From the NCBI GenBank assembly GCA_964016885.1, contig OZ024745.1:94922001-94986000 (forward strand): DNA of 64,000 nucleotides. Reading direction: 5' to 3'. A model generated the notes under the pieces. That model did not search any database. It saw only the letters and a program-made list of their open reading frames with translations, and was not told where the DNA came from. Positions 14,788 to 30,606 of this stretch are shown piece after piece. The DNA is from Eledone cirrhosa. Lineage: Eukaryota. The position numbers were made by a program, and so were the translations under genes. Position 1 is the stretch's first letter. Every line of letters begins with the position of its first letter.

Positions 14788-15734
14788 CATACACATACAT
14801 ATACACATACACATACATATGCATACCTATATATATATATATATATATACATATACACATATACACATATATACATATATATACATATATACATATACAT
14901 ATACATACATAAACACATATATATATATATATATACATATTTATACACATATACACATACACATAAATACACATATATATACATATATATATATATATAT
15001 AAATAAATACACACACATACACACATATACACATACACAGACACATACATACACATACATATCCATATATACATATATGTATGCGTATCGGTGTGTGTAC
15101 GTGCGTTCATATGTACCTGCATATTGGCATGTATGTGTATGTTTGTGTAAATATATATATATATATACATATATATTCATTCAGGTTTGAGGTTCACCAC
15201 TGGATAGAGCTGGTCAATTCCGTATGGTCAATCTCAATGTAATAATATGGAGAGTACTCAACGTAAAGCAGTTCAACCGTCTTTGTTTTTGTAGTTGGTG
15301 GTGCTAGTACGGAGTTAAATATTATAATGAAATGACAGGCTGACTCCCTGCTGGCGCACCTGAAGCCTGTTATACATTCCTAGAGTGCTCGCAAAAATCG
15401 ATTTCCATATCTTTCGCTAGGCGATATCACTCGGAATGATGGGCTGCCCAAGCTTGTAGTCGCCGCATGCTGTTTGACGGCTAAACAAAGACATAATCTT
15501 TACTCTATAATAAAATTTAAGTGTCGTCATAAAAGACTCTTTCTTTGCTTAAAGCTCGCAACCTTTAAAATATTAAACTGTTTAACTTTCAATTTTCTAA
15601 TTTCTTTAATTTTATAATGTTAATATTAAATATTAATTTTTTAACTTCATCCTATAAGTCTGAACAAAAATGTAACGTTCCAATCTTCTGCTCACACATT
15701 ATAACACACTGACCCCCACTATATTTACCTCTGT

Positions 15735-16448
15735 TAAGATACGGGTCCCTTTGAAAATATTTTTTCGCGCCATTCCTGGTCTGACTGTAGTCTGACATTA
15801 ATATCGACCTTTCTTCCTCTTTCTTTCTATCTTTCTTCTTGTAGCCATCAACCCTGACTTTTCTTCTTCCTTTTCTTCCTTCTCTTCTCCCTTCTTTCTG
15901 TCTTTCTTCTTGTGGCATGATATTAACGCTGACTTATCTTCCTCCCCCTTTTTGTTTGTCTAAGATACGGGTCCCTTAGTTAACATTTATTTCGCGACAT
16001 TCCTGGCCTGACTGTAATACCGACCTTTCCTCCTCTTTCTTTCTGCCTTTCTTCTTATAGCTGACATTAACCCTGGCTTCTCTTCTTCTTCCTTTTCTTC
16101 CTTCCCCCTTCTTCTCTCTTCTTTCTTTCTTTCTTTTTTCTTGTGGCATGATATTAACGCTGACTTATGTTCCTATTCCTTTCTGTTTCCCTTTATTTGA
16201 CCGGTAGAAGCACACTGCAGGCTTTAGCCCCGTCACTCGAGGGCGACAGGCAAAGGTGGAAGTTGCCGGATGGCGGTCGTCCTCGGGTCTTTGATTTTCA
16301 GCCCCATGGATTTTATCTATTACATTCACTTATTATATTTCGAATACCTGATGATATCACCGGATTCATACGGAACCCGGTCATTGAAATGATCATAGTA
16401 TAATAAACCTTTGAAGGATTTACACAAGTCCAGCCTCCTGTCATTTCA

Positions 16449-16450
<2 letters not shown>
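15735..16450 (+). mobile_element. PLE-like 3' end: pyrimidine-rich ~225-bp tandem duplication followed by an HHR
   Basis: TAAGATACGGGTCCCTT occurs at 15735 and 15961; HHR at 16344; ends in (TA)n. Confidence 0.55.
16344..16401 (+). ncRNA. type I hammerhead ribozyme
   Basis: atac CTGATGA tatcaccgg...ccggtcatt GAAA tgatca TA gtat; palindromic stem III ATGATCAT. Confidence 0.8.
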
Positions 16451-16489
<39 letters not shown>

Positions 16490-16492
<3 letters not shown>

Positions 16493-16590
16493 CAAAGGAA
16501 TTGTGGTAAGGAACCAGAGGGACCATAACGCACCACAGTACTCAATACTTAGGGTAGTAGAGTGAGAAATAGGTTATACTTTTTCCTATA
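16490..16590 (-). mobile_element. short terminal fragment of the half-hammerhead foldback family
   Basis: AACAAAGGAATTGTGGTAAGGAAC...GTACTCAATACTTAGGGTAGTAGAG shared with 30040, 35972 and 48850. Confidence 0.7.
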
Positions 16591-16673
16591 TATATATATA
16601 TATAAATATATGCATATACATACATACATATACATATATACACATATATACACATATATACATATATATACAC

Positions 16674-16718
<45 letters not shown>

Positions 16719-16769
16719 CATACATATACACACACATACATATATATACATACACACATACATACACAC

Positions 16770-16821
<52 letters not shown>

Positions 16822-16942
16822 ATATATATGTGTATATATATATATATATGCGTGTGTATATATGTGTATATGTATATGTATATCTATATATATGTGTGTA
16901 TGTGTGTATGTGTGTATATATATGTATGTGTGTATATATATG

Positions 16943-17014
<72 letters not shown>

Positions 17015-17119
17015 AATATACACATACATGCCCATATGCAGGTACATATGAACGCACGAACACACAACGATACGCATAGAAACGAGCGGCCACTCATACA
17101 AATACATACTTACATATAC

Positions 17120-18295
<1,176 letters not shown>

Positions 18296-18709
18296 TATAA
18301 AGTATGTCCATAGAATCATTTGATAATATATATACACGATTTCCTCTCCCAATTAGCATAATCAACCACATAAAAAATTAATTAGACCAGGCTATAAGAT
18401 TAAAAGGCACCTATGAAGAAACATTAGCTAAATAAACAACACCAATCTCTTCGCGGCCGACCGCCATAGAATGTTTACCCAGCATTTCAACAGCACGTGC
18501 AAATCGACTAAATATACCGTCAACCATACACAATTAGGTATAAAATTAAAGTTAGAAGAAATGCGTACACACTTACCAGGATTGTGTCTCTACCCTTGGG
18601 ATCCATTCGCATTTTGAGATATCCTATTAAGGATAAAATCTCGAGCTTCGAACTCGTCAGGAAACAAACTCATAGGACAAGTAATTTTCTAAAGTGATCC
18701 CCGCCAGAA

Positions 18710-18749
<40 letters not shown>

Positions 18750-18949
18750 GTATATATCTGGTGTACACGTATACATGCACCATATTTGCAGTATGTCCTT
18801 AAGGTGATTGTGCCCACGTTTTCCTGCCTCTAGGGTTTGTGACCCACTTTACTTTCAACTATTATATTGTTAAGATTTATATGTTGTGATACATTAAGTA
18901 AAAGGTAAATATATTTTTAAATATGTATGTATGTTCCAGTTTCATTATT

Positions 18950-19140
18950 TTGGGATTGGCAGTATCGTTAGAGGGTCAGACACCATGCTTTGACGCATAG
19001 AGTTACGGCCCTTGCCAATCTGAGTTCAAATCCCACCGAGGTTAACTTTGCCTTTCCTCCTTACTCAGTCGATATAATAAAGTACCAGTAATGCACTGGG
19101 TAATTTGCTGGCCTTGTACCAAAAGTAGAAACAATTATTT
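18950..19140 (+). mobile_element. tRNA-derived SINE (family A)
   Basis: A/B boxes and family A body. Confidence 0.85.
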
Positions 19141-19439
19141 TGTACATTTTGTCCAATAGAGAGAGAGAGAGAGAGAGCCAGTTTCTAACATAGACACAAG
19201 ACTCTTTCAATGGAATTTAGACAACGTCAACTAGGTAAAAAATATTAATGCTTGGCTGCATATGTATATGTGTGTGTGTGTGCAGGTATGGACGTTATTG
19301 TATGTGTAGATCTGTATGTTTTGAGTTATATCTGTACGCGTACATATGTTTTGTATCTATACATTAATGGATTGTACTTGTAACTTCCTAAACTGTCGTG
19401 TTCTATCTGGTTCTGAGAAGCCCAGCTTCTCAAAATTAG

Positions 19440-19795
19440 TACTGAGACTGTTATTAAAACTCCGAGTCACTCCAGGTAGAGCCGCTACTTCTCCTAATTT
19501 AGAGATCACAGCTCCGATACTATGGGCATGTAGTTAGAATTCTCAGGAAAGAATCGCTAGACAGGTTTTACAGACAAAACCAATCAGCAGGAGACCCAAG
19601 GGTAGACCTCGAGCAAGATGATTGGACAATATCCATGAGCGTGACTGGTTTCGCTTGGGGATCCATTCAGATCAGTCTCAGATGGTTGCTTTTGACAGGA
19701 CCCACTGGAAGGAGTGTTTTTGAAGAAGAAGAAGAAGAAGAAGAAGAAGAAGAAGAAGAAGAAGAAGAAGAAGAAGAAGAAGAAGAAGAAGAAGA
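19440..19795 (+). mobile_element. RTE-type LINE 3' end with (GAA)n tail
   Basis: Degenerate translation VEPLLL.I*RSQLRYYGHVVR...ARQVL...RRPKGRPR.R*LDNI followed by (GAA)n. Confidence 0.75.
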
Positions 19796-20526
19796 ATATA
19801 TATATCAGGAGATCAATCTCTAGCTCATTTACAAATATTCCACATCAAGAATAATTATACGAAATTCCTGAAACAAATTTTAGAGATAATGTGATAATTT
19901 TTCATCAAGAAATCTATAATTAGGAAGTGAGTTTTATGGCTATGTGGAGTTCTACAGTAACGGAAAGGAATCATTAAGGATTTTCAAGCCATTTTTATTA
20001 TTTAAGATTCTCTGGATGAATTTATTTTGCCTTAATTATAAATGACTGTTCACAATAATGCACATTTAATTTCAATTAGGAAACCTTTATTTATTACCTG
20101 ACTTCATTGGAAATTCATGATTCGATGAACGAGATATAAAAACAAAACAATGAATCGAGATTGATGCATTTCATGCATCTCAAATATATGTTTTTTAATC
20201 TCAACAATCGTTGCTGGGAAATCTCTGTTGAAATTTAGAATTTCCTATGAAATTTGAAGCTTTCTGATGATAATTGAAAAAAAATTAAAATGATAATTCT
20301 GAAAAATTGTTAATTCTAGTTCTTACATAATTACGGAATTAAAAAGGTACAAGGAACATTTAATTAGATCCATAATCATTAAACGTTTAATCGGGTCATT
20401 ATCCTGACAAATGTTCCATACGTAATATTGAAACCAAGTCATTAACATACCATACAAGCGTCCGTTAAGTGATTACTTGATCTACTGTATTTAGCAGCCA
20501 AATCTTTTTCTTATTATTTTCTACTG

Positions 20527-20910
20527 TCGGTGAATTGGCAGTTTCGGTAGAGGGTAGGACGCCATGCATTCCAGCATTCCATTCCATTACGGTCTGAGTT
20601 CAAATCCCGTCGCGGTTAACTTTGCCTTTCATCCTTACGGGGTCGATAAAATAAAGTACCAGTAATGCACTGGGTAATTGCTGGCCTTGTGCCTAAAGTA
20701 GAAACAATTATTTTCTACTGTCCGTGAATTGGCAGTATCGGTAGAGGGTAGGACGCCATGCATTCCAGCATAGTTATGTCCCTTTACGGTCTGAGTTCAA
20801 ATCCCGTCGAGGTTAACTTTGCCTTTCATCCTTACGGAGTCGATAAAATAAAGTACCAGTAATGCACTGGTAATTACTGGCCTTGTGCCAAATGTAGAAA
20901 CAATTATTTT
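20527..20910 (+). mobile_element. two tandem family A SINEs
   Basis: Two head-to-tail copies at about 20527-20712 and 20722-20910. Confidence 0.85.
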
Positions 20911-21929
20911 CTACTGTCTTCACAAAAGGAGAAATATATATTATAAACACACACATAAGCCCCTCCCCATACCTACACACGTAAAACATACTCTCATACG
21001 CACATGTGTGTATATTATATATGTATGTATGCATGTATGTTCTGGTTTTATAAGTTTATGAATTTTTACCAATAGAGAGAGAAAGTCGGTTTCTAACATA
21101 GAGTCCCTCATTATATATGCATTTATGTATGTATTTATGTATGTATCTATATATGTATGTATGTACGTATCTATGTATGTCTGTGTGTATATGTATGTAT
21201 GTATTTATGTATGTGTGTGTATATATGTATGTATTTATGTATATACGCATGTATGTAAGCATTTCTGTATGTATGTATGAATGTATGTAGTTATGTATGT
21301 ATGTTTGTATGTATGTGTGTGTATATATATATATATATACGTATGTATGTAAGTATGTTTGTACGCTTGTATGTGTGTATGTGTGTTTATGCCTCTGTGT
21401 GAATGAAAGATGAAATAATCACAGCCACGGCAACAAACAGCTAACGGATTACAGGCTATATTCACTTCTAATACATCGTTCCACTTAAAGAAGGACATTA
21501 AAAAATGTTAAAGTATAAAAGTATACATTATAAAAATTTTGTATTGCACAGCATATAATTTCTTCTCAATAAACATTTCTTTCTTTCTAGCAGCATTTCT
21601 TAATTATGGTTGTATTAACCATTTGTTTCATAAAATTAATAGATTTGAAAGAGCTACACAGTAGGCAAGTATGTTAGAATTCGTGATTTGTTGCTAAGAA
21701 ATAGTAAAACCAATATAATATATGTGTAAAACTAATATGTGTACTTTCGCGACTTATTTAAGAGGGACGAAATATACGTCTAGAAAAGTCCACATGATAT
21801 AGGTAAACATTATTATAATGTATCAATCAATAAAATATCATATGATAGAAAATATCGTTGATGAATAATCATAGTTGAAACTGTGTTAGAGTAACTTATA
21901 TCTGTTACATGGGACCGTGGCGCAAACAA

Positions 21930-22420
21930 GATTCGTTACGAGGAAAAGTAGATGGAAAAGTAGGTGGAGCAACATCAGAACCTATTCATTGTATTTGTGG
22001 ATGGATCTATCAAAAAACGTTTGACATATTTAAAGAAGAAAGATTTGTGGAATTTACTAGAAAGTTTGGTTTTTCGCTCAAACCTATATATCTCCATGTC
22101 AATGCCTCACAGGTATAATGGCCTCAGTAGTTGTTAGATGGCAGAAACCTGACGTATTTAATGTAATAAAGGTGAGTTAGGTAACGATGTGTACTGACAC
22201 TTGTGCTGTTGAATGCTTTTCTCATATCACACAAAATAATGAGAAAGAAGATGTGAACATATTCAATCAGCATGATGCAGGCCGTACTAAACTTAGGTCT
22301 AAACAAATACTTGAGCTGCATTATAGTGATAGCTCTGCCCTGGTAGCACACAATCTGGATGTTCTATGACCACAGTTTCAACAGTTGTTGTAGTTTATGA
22401 AAGAATATGCCTCTAAGTCA
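21930..22420 (+). pseudogene. degenerate RTE/BovB-like reverse transcriptase fragment
   Basis: Across frameshifts: EK.VEQHQNLFIVFVD.SK.FD, KFG, VFNV..GVR..CVL...L, LELHYSDSSALVAH (decayed YADD motif). Confidence 0.7.
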
Positions 22421-23405
22421 ACGTTTAGAAAACTGAAATCATATATCAATAACACACTGCACCCAGATCTCGCCTCCCCACTTTCTCTGTTCAACTACAT
22501 CACCTAACCAAATCATCTGATTTCAGCTACTGAGACAGCAGCATAGTTTCCAGCCACTGTATACTAGCCGAGAGCGATTTTAAATCATCTGAAAGAGACC
22601 TCTGTATATTTAGGGAGACTGGTGGTTTTTCTAAATAATTTCAACCTCTATTCCTAGTTTCTCATCTCACGGGAAATCTAATTCTATTTTTCTGTATTAG
22701 TCTGAGGTATGAACCACATACAGGCGACACGTTTACGTACTAGAGTCCTTTATCAAATGCTGACTCCAGAAGTTCTTTTTAATCACCTGGCCTATGAGGG
22801 TTACATATAGAAAAAATCCCCGCGTCGAACAAACAACAGTAGCATTGGATTCACACTATTTAAGGAGCAATTAAGTGCTAATTCACTTAATGTAGTGGAC
22901 CAAAGCTTTGTAATAAATTAGAAATAGAACCTTAATGAAGATAAATTATTTATTCTTGGCGAGACAGACGAGAGACAGAGCCGAAATTATTATAAATTTA
23001 AAAAAGTTAAGGAATGAACTATGCACATCGTGAGGAGTGAATTTGACCGGATATGTAGACTATCAAGCAAAAAACATTTGGACTGAGTTTATAAAATAAT
23101 TATGCTCCTTATCCTCATTTTTTTGCAACTCAGATTTCTAATGATGTCAACATCATTATCATCATTATCAATACAGCATCTGAAAGCCCAAGGGAACATA
23201 ACAATAGGAGTATTAACGAGGTGTTTATATGGGACAAGTCTAGACATGTGGAATGATAGAATATAGTTGATTGAATTGATAACGAAGATTAGAAGTACTT
23301 ATTCTAGTAATCCCGAGTTCACAGAAAGGTAAAGTAAAGCTATTCCAGCTGGATCTTTAGATGGATCTTTAGCAAACATTTAGAGAGACGAAACATTTAG
23401 ATAGA

Positions 23406-23533
23406 CAGTAATGGGCAAGCTACGGCCCACGAACCGTATGTGGCCCGTATGACGTTCTGTATGGCACGCCTAATTCCAAAATTGCCTTGAAGGTTTTAGT
23501 AGTGCGGTCCTCCTAAATGAATGCCCACGTCTG
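23406..23533 (+). mobile_element. possible hAT-Charlie-like MITE
   Basis: Ends CAGTAATGGGCAA / ATGCCCACGTCTG with repeated GGCCC subterminal motifs. Confidence 0.5.
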
Positions 23534-24334
23534 ATATAAATTGAGATGTTTTATCCGACATCCTACAGTTTCTGACATTCAAGGATATTAAAGAGGCACT
23601 AATAATGCGTTGGTATTCCAATATAATTTAATAAGGAATTTTAGTGTTTTTTGGTGGCTTTTATCATCTGCATAACACAGGAACTTTATACTAAACCAGT
23701 CAAACTTGATATTCTAATATAAAATATATTATCGGGATATTATCTACACTGACAAAAGCATCTTAATGAGATATTAGTCTCTTAATGTTTTCTGATTTCT
23801 TTCGTCTGTTGTATATGATTGGTGTAGTACAATATGGTCGATATCACACACAGACGTTTGGAAACAGATAATAAATAATATTGTTTTCAACAATATCTAT
23901 CACTAAAAATATTCAGATTTGCTTTTCAAAGTAAAAAAGAAATACAAAAAAGAAATAATCTTTCATTTATCAATAAAGGTGACAATGCATACAAATCAGT
24001 GAATCATCGCTGTTTTAACAGAGAATCCGATGAGAACTTCATTATTCCACTATATAGGGTATAATCATATTGGGTAGCTATTAAAACGTTCAAAAATAAC
24101 GTTATACTAGAACGTTTTAGTAGCTAACCAACATGATTATAACCCATGTTGATTTTAATACCAATTTATTTTTATTCCTTCCTTCGGACTAATTTTTGGC
24201 AGTCATTTATTTCTGATGAACTAATAATAATAGAATTGAGATATTTGTTTTTATCGAAACAAATTTTATGTATATCATTTGATTTTATTAATGTTAGCAA
24301 ACCTTGTTTTATTTACTTAACACATGCACACACA

Positions 24335-24419
<85 letters not shown>

Positions 24420-24454
24420 TTAGACACACAGAGACGCAAACACAGACACCCACA

Positions 24455-24492
<38 letters not shown>

Positions 24493-24516
24493 CACACACA
24501 CACACATATATATATA

Positions 24517-24595
24517 CAAGGTGTCCGCCCAAAATGTATAATCACTTGAACAGCATTGTAATCAAAGTATGTATACATTTTTGTGGGACACCTTG
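24517..24595. mobile_element. 79-bp Tc1/mariner-type MITE
   Basis: TA|CAAGGTGTCCGCCCAAAATGTATA ... TATACATTTTTGTGGGACACCTTG|TA. Confidence 0.75.
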
Positions 24596-24610
24596 TATTC
24601 GTAAAGCATT

Positions 24611-24670
<60 letters not shown>

Positions 24671-24802
24671 ATTGTTTCTACTTTTGGCACAAGGCCAGAA
24701 ATTATCCAGTGCATTACTGGTACTTTATTTTATCGACCCTGTAAGGATGAAAGGCAAAGTTAACCCCGGCGGGATTTGAACTCAGATCCTAAAGGGCCGT
24801 AA
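24611..24802 (-). mobile_element. 5'-truncated family A SINE with (TAG)n tail
   Basis: Reverse-complement family A body at 24670-24802 abutting (CTA)n at 24611-24670. Confidence 0.8.
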
Positions 24803-25194
24803 ATAATATAATGCAATCAATTAAAGTATAAAATTGCACGATTGCGGAAATTGAAAAAACTTAAATCATACCGATAGCGATCGGAGACTTAGGAACAGTA
24901 GCCCTTAAGTTCGATCATTCGATAAAGGAAATAGAAATTGATTCCATATAGCATTATCCCAGAAAGATTGCCTTTTGCGAGCGCGAATGATCAGAAAAGT
25001 TATAGACAGGTGATGGACACAACTTTTGTGACCACTGGGTGTGGTCTGCTAATACGGAATATCCGGATTTTCAATAGCTTATTTGAGAAAATCCTATAAC
25101 AAGGAGTGGAAAGAAAACAATGAATGTAAATAACGAACATCAACACATCAAATGTTGTATTATCATAACACTTATGAGGAGAAAAATGAGTGAA

Positions 25195-25510
25195 GGCGCG
25201 TGGCATTGTGGTTAGTATAATCTCACAACCGTAAGCTCGTGAGATCGATTTCCAGCGCATTGTGTCCTTGAGCAAGACAATGTATTTCATGTTTCTCCAG
25301 TCCATTCAGCTGGCAAAAATGAGTTGTACTTGTAATTCGAAGGCGCAGCCTCGTCACATTCTGTATCACGCTGAATCTCTCTGAAAATTACGTTATGGGT
25401 ACACGTGTCTGTGGAATGCTCAGCCACTTGCATGTTAATCTCTCGAGCAGGCTGTTCCATTGATCGTATGAACTGGAACACTTGTCGTCGTAACCGACGC
25501 AGTGCCATCA
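25195..25510 (+). mobile_element. tRNA-derived SINE (family B)
   Basis: GGCGCGTGGC...TGGTTAG head and TGTGTCCTTGAGCAAGACA...CTCCAGTCCATTCAGCTG core, related to 49992-50250. Confidence 0.65.
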
Positions 25511-25788
25511 TTTATAACCTGATGTGTATGTGTGTGTGTCTGTGTGTATGTGTGTGTAAGGGAGAGAACCAGTGAGAATGAGAAACACTTGTCAAATTTT
25601 AAACGCGTCTGAAAGGGCCCCCAGAAAGAATAAATTTTCTTCGGTCAGAAAAGTGATATAAGTACAAAGAATTATGTGGATCGTGTAAAAATATGTCTCT
25701 AACTGTACGTATATGTTTGTCAGGTCTCGAGTGCTACTGATAACATGTAACCCAGTACAACCTGTCGGGTCGTCGGCAACTAAACAGG

Positions 25789-25990
25789 CAACCCACCAAG
25801 CTTGCTTCGTTGAATGATATTTGGACACCCTGCGGGATGAAATATAAGACCCGGCAAAGGGTGGAAGAACCCAATAGAGTAAACAGCTATACAAATAGTA
25901 CTTTTTTTTCACCTGGGAGTGAAAGGCCCAGTTGTTGTTACAAGACCTTTGTAGGAAAGGGAAACTCTGAAAAAGAAACCTGCTGCTTCG
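25789..25990 (+). repeat. dispersed repeat resembling an RTE LINE 5' UTR
   Basis: Diverged homology to 48455-48660 (CAACCC.ACCAAGCTTG...CGGGATGAAA...AAAGGG.GGA.GAAC...AACTCTGA...AAACCTGC). Confidence 0.45.
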
Positions 25991-26315
25991 GAAGCAGCCG
26001 ATGATATTGACCAGTTCTCCTTTTCAGGTAGTTGTTTTCGATGCTAGGAGAGTGGGATTGGTCGAGTGCAAGGCCTTTCCCCACTTAAAAAACCTTCAAA
26101 GCACAGGCATTGCTTGTTCAGGATCTGTTATAACCAGATAAGGGATTTCAATACTGTTAGCTGAGTTTGCAGCCATCATGTAGGTCAATGTAATTGATCA
26201 GTGGATAACAGCTAATAAACTCTGTGGAATTATTAAATATGTGCTCAGGCTTGGTATGTTTTGAAGTGTTTGTCTGTGAATGATTGACTGTGTTTTTAAT
26301 ATGTGTGATCATGAG

Positions 26316-26635
26316 GGTGGTCGATTGGCAGTTTCGGTAGAGCGTCGAACAATATACTTTGCGGCATATAATTACGTTATTTTACGTTTTAAGCTCAAAT
26401 CTCGCCGGCGCTAGATTTGCCTTTCATCCTTACGGGATCGACAAAAAAAGAGCAGCAATAAGGAACTGGGGTGAATTTAATCGACTTTCCTAATCCATTC
26501 CCATTGTAGGCCCTGTGCAAAATTTAAAAACAACATGTGTGATCATGTGCGCTGTGTTCCTTTAGAAATATGTGTATGCGGTGCCCCAGCATGGCCTCAG
26601 CCGGATGGCTGAAACAGGTAAAAGAGTAAAAGAGT
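26316..26635 (+). mobile_element. old family A SINE plus a separate SINE 3' tail
   Basis: Diverged A/B boxes and body at 26316-26530; GTGCCCCAGCATGGCC...GAAACAGG(TAAAAGAG)2 at 26581-26635. Confidence 0.65.
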
Positions 26636-29600
26636 ATGTGTCTATATACAATTGAAAAGACACTGTTCTTGATAAGCCAATATGTCTGTTATTTTGCAGG
26701 TATAAAAGTTTTTAGTGTGATGTGTGTATATGGAGGAGGGTTCGCAATTGAATCTATCTATCTATCTATAAGAAAGATATCTATCTATCTATGTATCTGT
26801 GTTATTGTGTGCAATTTTGCTGACGGATATGTGTATGTATGTAAAGACTTTGGTGCGCTGGTGTAATAGCTGATAGCATGCCTTAAAGGTCGTTGTGAGG
26901 AAAGCTGTTAGTAAGTTCTTGTATGATACATTTAAAGTGGGAACGTAACATGTCTTAGTGTGCATGTATATGTGTGTGTGAGTTTGTGCGTACTTGTATA
27001 TGTGTGTTTGGGGTGAAGAACTGAGGCGGCGAATTGAGAAAATTTGGTAGGGTGGGTTTAAAACGAAATATCAGTTCTTGTTTTCCATGGAACTGAGAAG
27101 TAAGTAGATAGCCGGATGTGCAAGTATCCGCAACCATTATATATATATATAACTGTTGATACACGGAGAACATTAAATGTAAAGATACTAATTTTGTATA
27201 ATCGCACAATAATGAATAGTAAATAAGTATTTCAGCTTTGAATCAATATGTATATGATGTAAATTCCTCGTGAAAGAAATTAGTACTCGAATAACAATAT
27301 TTTATAATCAATCTTATATGATTTGTAGAATAACTTCAGCAACAGTTGATATACTAGATACACGAAAATCATTTCAAGATGGATAATCACAATCCCGTGA
27401 ATACCTATGATCTTTTCTGACATTTATTGAAGATACGATAAATTGTTTCGCTCGAGACAATGAAGAATGATGCTAATTGTCCTGGTTAGCTAACTAGATA
27501 TTTTATAAACAACATTACATGTGACATCTCAACAGCATTTTCTTCCCTTTTCCATATTATCTTTGCCATTTCCTTCAAAATCAATATTGAGGGATTTTTG
27601 CAAAGTAACTCTTAACAACGTTATTAGTGAGATAAGTGCTTAGATTATTTTACTCAATGTTCACACACTCAGTAGTGATGGAGCAAAGAGCTTATCAATG
27701 TTAGCACTTAGCCCTTGTAGCTAGATTATATAATGGATGTCACTAACTATAATTTGATATCCTCTGGCCAACATTGTACATTAACTAACATTACGGTGAG
27801 TCGATTATGCAATTCAACTAGCATGTTAATCCAGTTAACTTCTTGTCACTAATACACCTACTACAAGAGCATGATGAAACGTCTACTCTGTCACTCAACT
27901 TACTAGAGATAGAAGCCAATTCTATATTATTTACTCTACTGTCAAAAGAAATAATATATTAAACCTAGTCATAGATAATCAGACGGTATTGTTTGTTCAG
28001 AGATCTGCATGATTATTGTTGACATGGAGCTCAACAATAAAACTGTAATTTAAAAAGAACTGGTCCCCACATTATTTAATGCCTTGCACGTACACATCTA
28101 GCTTTATGATTATCGCTCAAAATTCGACTTTTAGTAATACTGATGTTGGTACAATAGTATCAATACTACACTGTATAGTTTCCCCTTCTACTCTGGTCTA
28201 AAGCCCTCTAAAACTTGCATGGCATATCATCTTATGGCGATGAATAAAGAGCGGATCAAAGATATTCTAGGATAGTATCAGTTATTCACATTCTGTCCAT
28301 GGAAATCAGATTTATTTCAAATAGTAAACTGCTATATAACGGATGTACTGGTAGCTTGAGATAGAGCAGCTAAACAGCCAAAATACTCCCGAATCATATC
28401 GTCTTTAGAGAGAAATAACACATTAGAAATCGCAGTCTTTAGTTAAATAGTATCTGATAATAAAATGGTATAGTCATTGTTTGATGTCCTTAATGAGACC
28501 TGATCTCTGGTTAAACAACAACAAAAACTACAACAATAAGCTTATCTGGAGATGAAAGCACTATTTACTTTAGTAGAAATCCAATTAACAGTAGAGTTCC
28601 TCATGAGAACAATCTATTGCAAATTGACCTATCCCTTGTCTGATTTTATCATATATAAAATGACTTCAACACTTTTGATGTTAACCAAGTCCTGATGTCG
28701 ATTTAATCGACTTTCCTTTCTTCTCAAATTGTTGGTAATGTGCCTAATAAGAAACCACATTTAGAGTGTTTCTTTATAATTATTTTAAAGTTCTTTAATG
28801 AAAAGGGAAAGAATTTTGCGATATTTGAAACTTAGAAATTGAAAAATAATTCAATATCCTGAATGAAGTATTAAAATGTATTCTTATTCTTTCATTTTAT
28901 TATTACATATTGATATAGTAGACATTCTAAGATGGTTGAATGTATGATGCCACTTTAATATTATCTATATTGTTTTGGTTAAGAATTATCTAATAGTAAA
29001 ATATTTTCATATTTTTATTTATTCCGATATTATAACGTTTGGTTTCAGGATGATCAAAATGTTCAAAATACACATTTTCTTTTATTCTGTATGCACTTGA
29101 AAGCAGTTTAAACTTAGATAACAACTGAATAGATATTATATATTATCATATTTTCCTGAATAGATATTATATATTATCAATATATACAAAATCCCTTGAA
29201 ATTCAAAAGAAATTGTAAAGTATAAAGAAGCAATGATATGGTTTACACATTTACAGAGAGAGTCACTGTAATCAATGATGCCTATAGTTATTGGTTCATT
29301 GATTATTTTAGTATACTGTATTTCAATATTCATCTTTCTATATTGAAATACTTACTTTCAGTAACAAAGCATAAACTTTGCCAGCGGCATCAAAGGAGAA
29401 AATAAGATATATATTTTTTTTCTTTTCTAAGAAAGCTACCTCCACAATAATTTAGTCAATCGATGGTGTATTATGCAAATATATTGAAAAATGGATCGAA
29501 TTAACAGTAAACTATATAGATAGTTCACTCGTCGTTTACCCAATCACATAAAAGGATAAATGATTATTTATGTTTTACATACTCTCATGACATAGATGTA

Positions 29601-29786
29601 TTTTTCCTGATCACCTGTTATGACTTAGAATTTGTTTATCATTCTGATTTTTATACTTTCTCAAGTATCTAGCTAAATACTGACTGCAATATTGAATAGA
29701 AACAGAAAAGGTACCTTCTAATCTACGCCCACTCCTTTCCCATTCACCTCCTCTCTTTTTACACACAATAAACGTTCACACACAAT

Positions 29787-29904
<118 letters not shown>

Positions 29905-30039
29905 GTGTGTGAATCATATAAAATGTATATACATAAGTTTGAGTGTGTGATCCTTTTCGCGGAGGGCCTCACAAAGGTTACATGTAAGTTCTTTACCGAG
30001 AAAAATCTGTAACTCTGGTATATATATATATATATATAT

Positions 30040-30233
30040 AACAAAGGAATTGTGGTAAGGAACTAGATGGACCATAAAGCACCAGAGTACTCAATACTTA
30101 GGGTAGTAGAGTGGGAAATAGGAAAAAGTATGACCCCGACGGCAGAGATCTAGCCGTTTTGACGGCTATTTCTGTATAGTCCAGAAATAGCCGTCGCAAC
30201 GGTTAGAGCTCTGCCGTCGGGGTCATACTTTTT

Positions 30234-30238
<5 letters not shown>
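30040..30238. mobile_element. half-hammerhead foldback element
   Basis: Family terminus plus an ~120-bp hairpin ATAGGAAAAAGTATGACCCCGACGGCAGAG...CTCTGCCGTCGGGGTCATACTTTTTCCTAT between (TA)n tracts. Confidence 0.75.
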
Positions 30239-30294
<56 letters not shown>

Positions 30295-30572
30295 GCGCAT
30301 TTATGGGCGCAGTATAGCATTTCCCTACCTACAAACATAAGGTCCCATGCGTATAGAAAACAATCCAGTATACAAACTGTTTACCTGAATTAGGTGCATC
30401 TGTTTGGTGAGGCCTATCTTATAACATATTTTCTTTTTGTATATTCTCATCATGTTACCTTATTGTCTTCTGGTCATAACAATGGAGTATTATCTTTTGT
30501 AATTCGAAACTTTCATATACAGTATTTAATGAAAAAAATATTTACGAATTATATAACTATACGGATTACACG

Positions 30573-30602
<30 letters not shown>

Positions 30603-30606
<4 letters not shown>

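Noticed and set aside
18588-18670. CTGACGA...GAAT ggatcc CA on the minus strand
   Set aside because: Probably a decayed HHR, but the GAAA, the UH site and stem I are all broken
28860-29333. AT-rich protein-like translation on the minus strand (65-aa ORF and continuation)
   Set aside because: Multiple stops and no recognisable motif; a translated search would be needed
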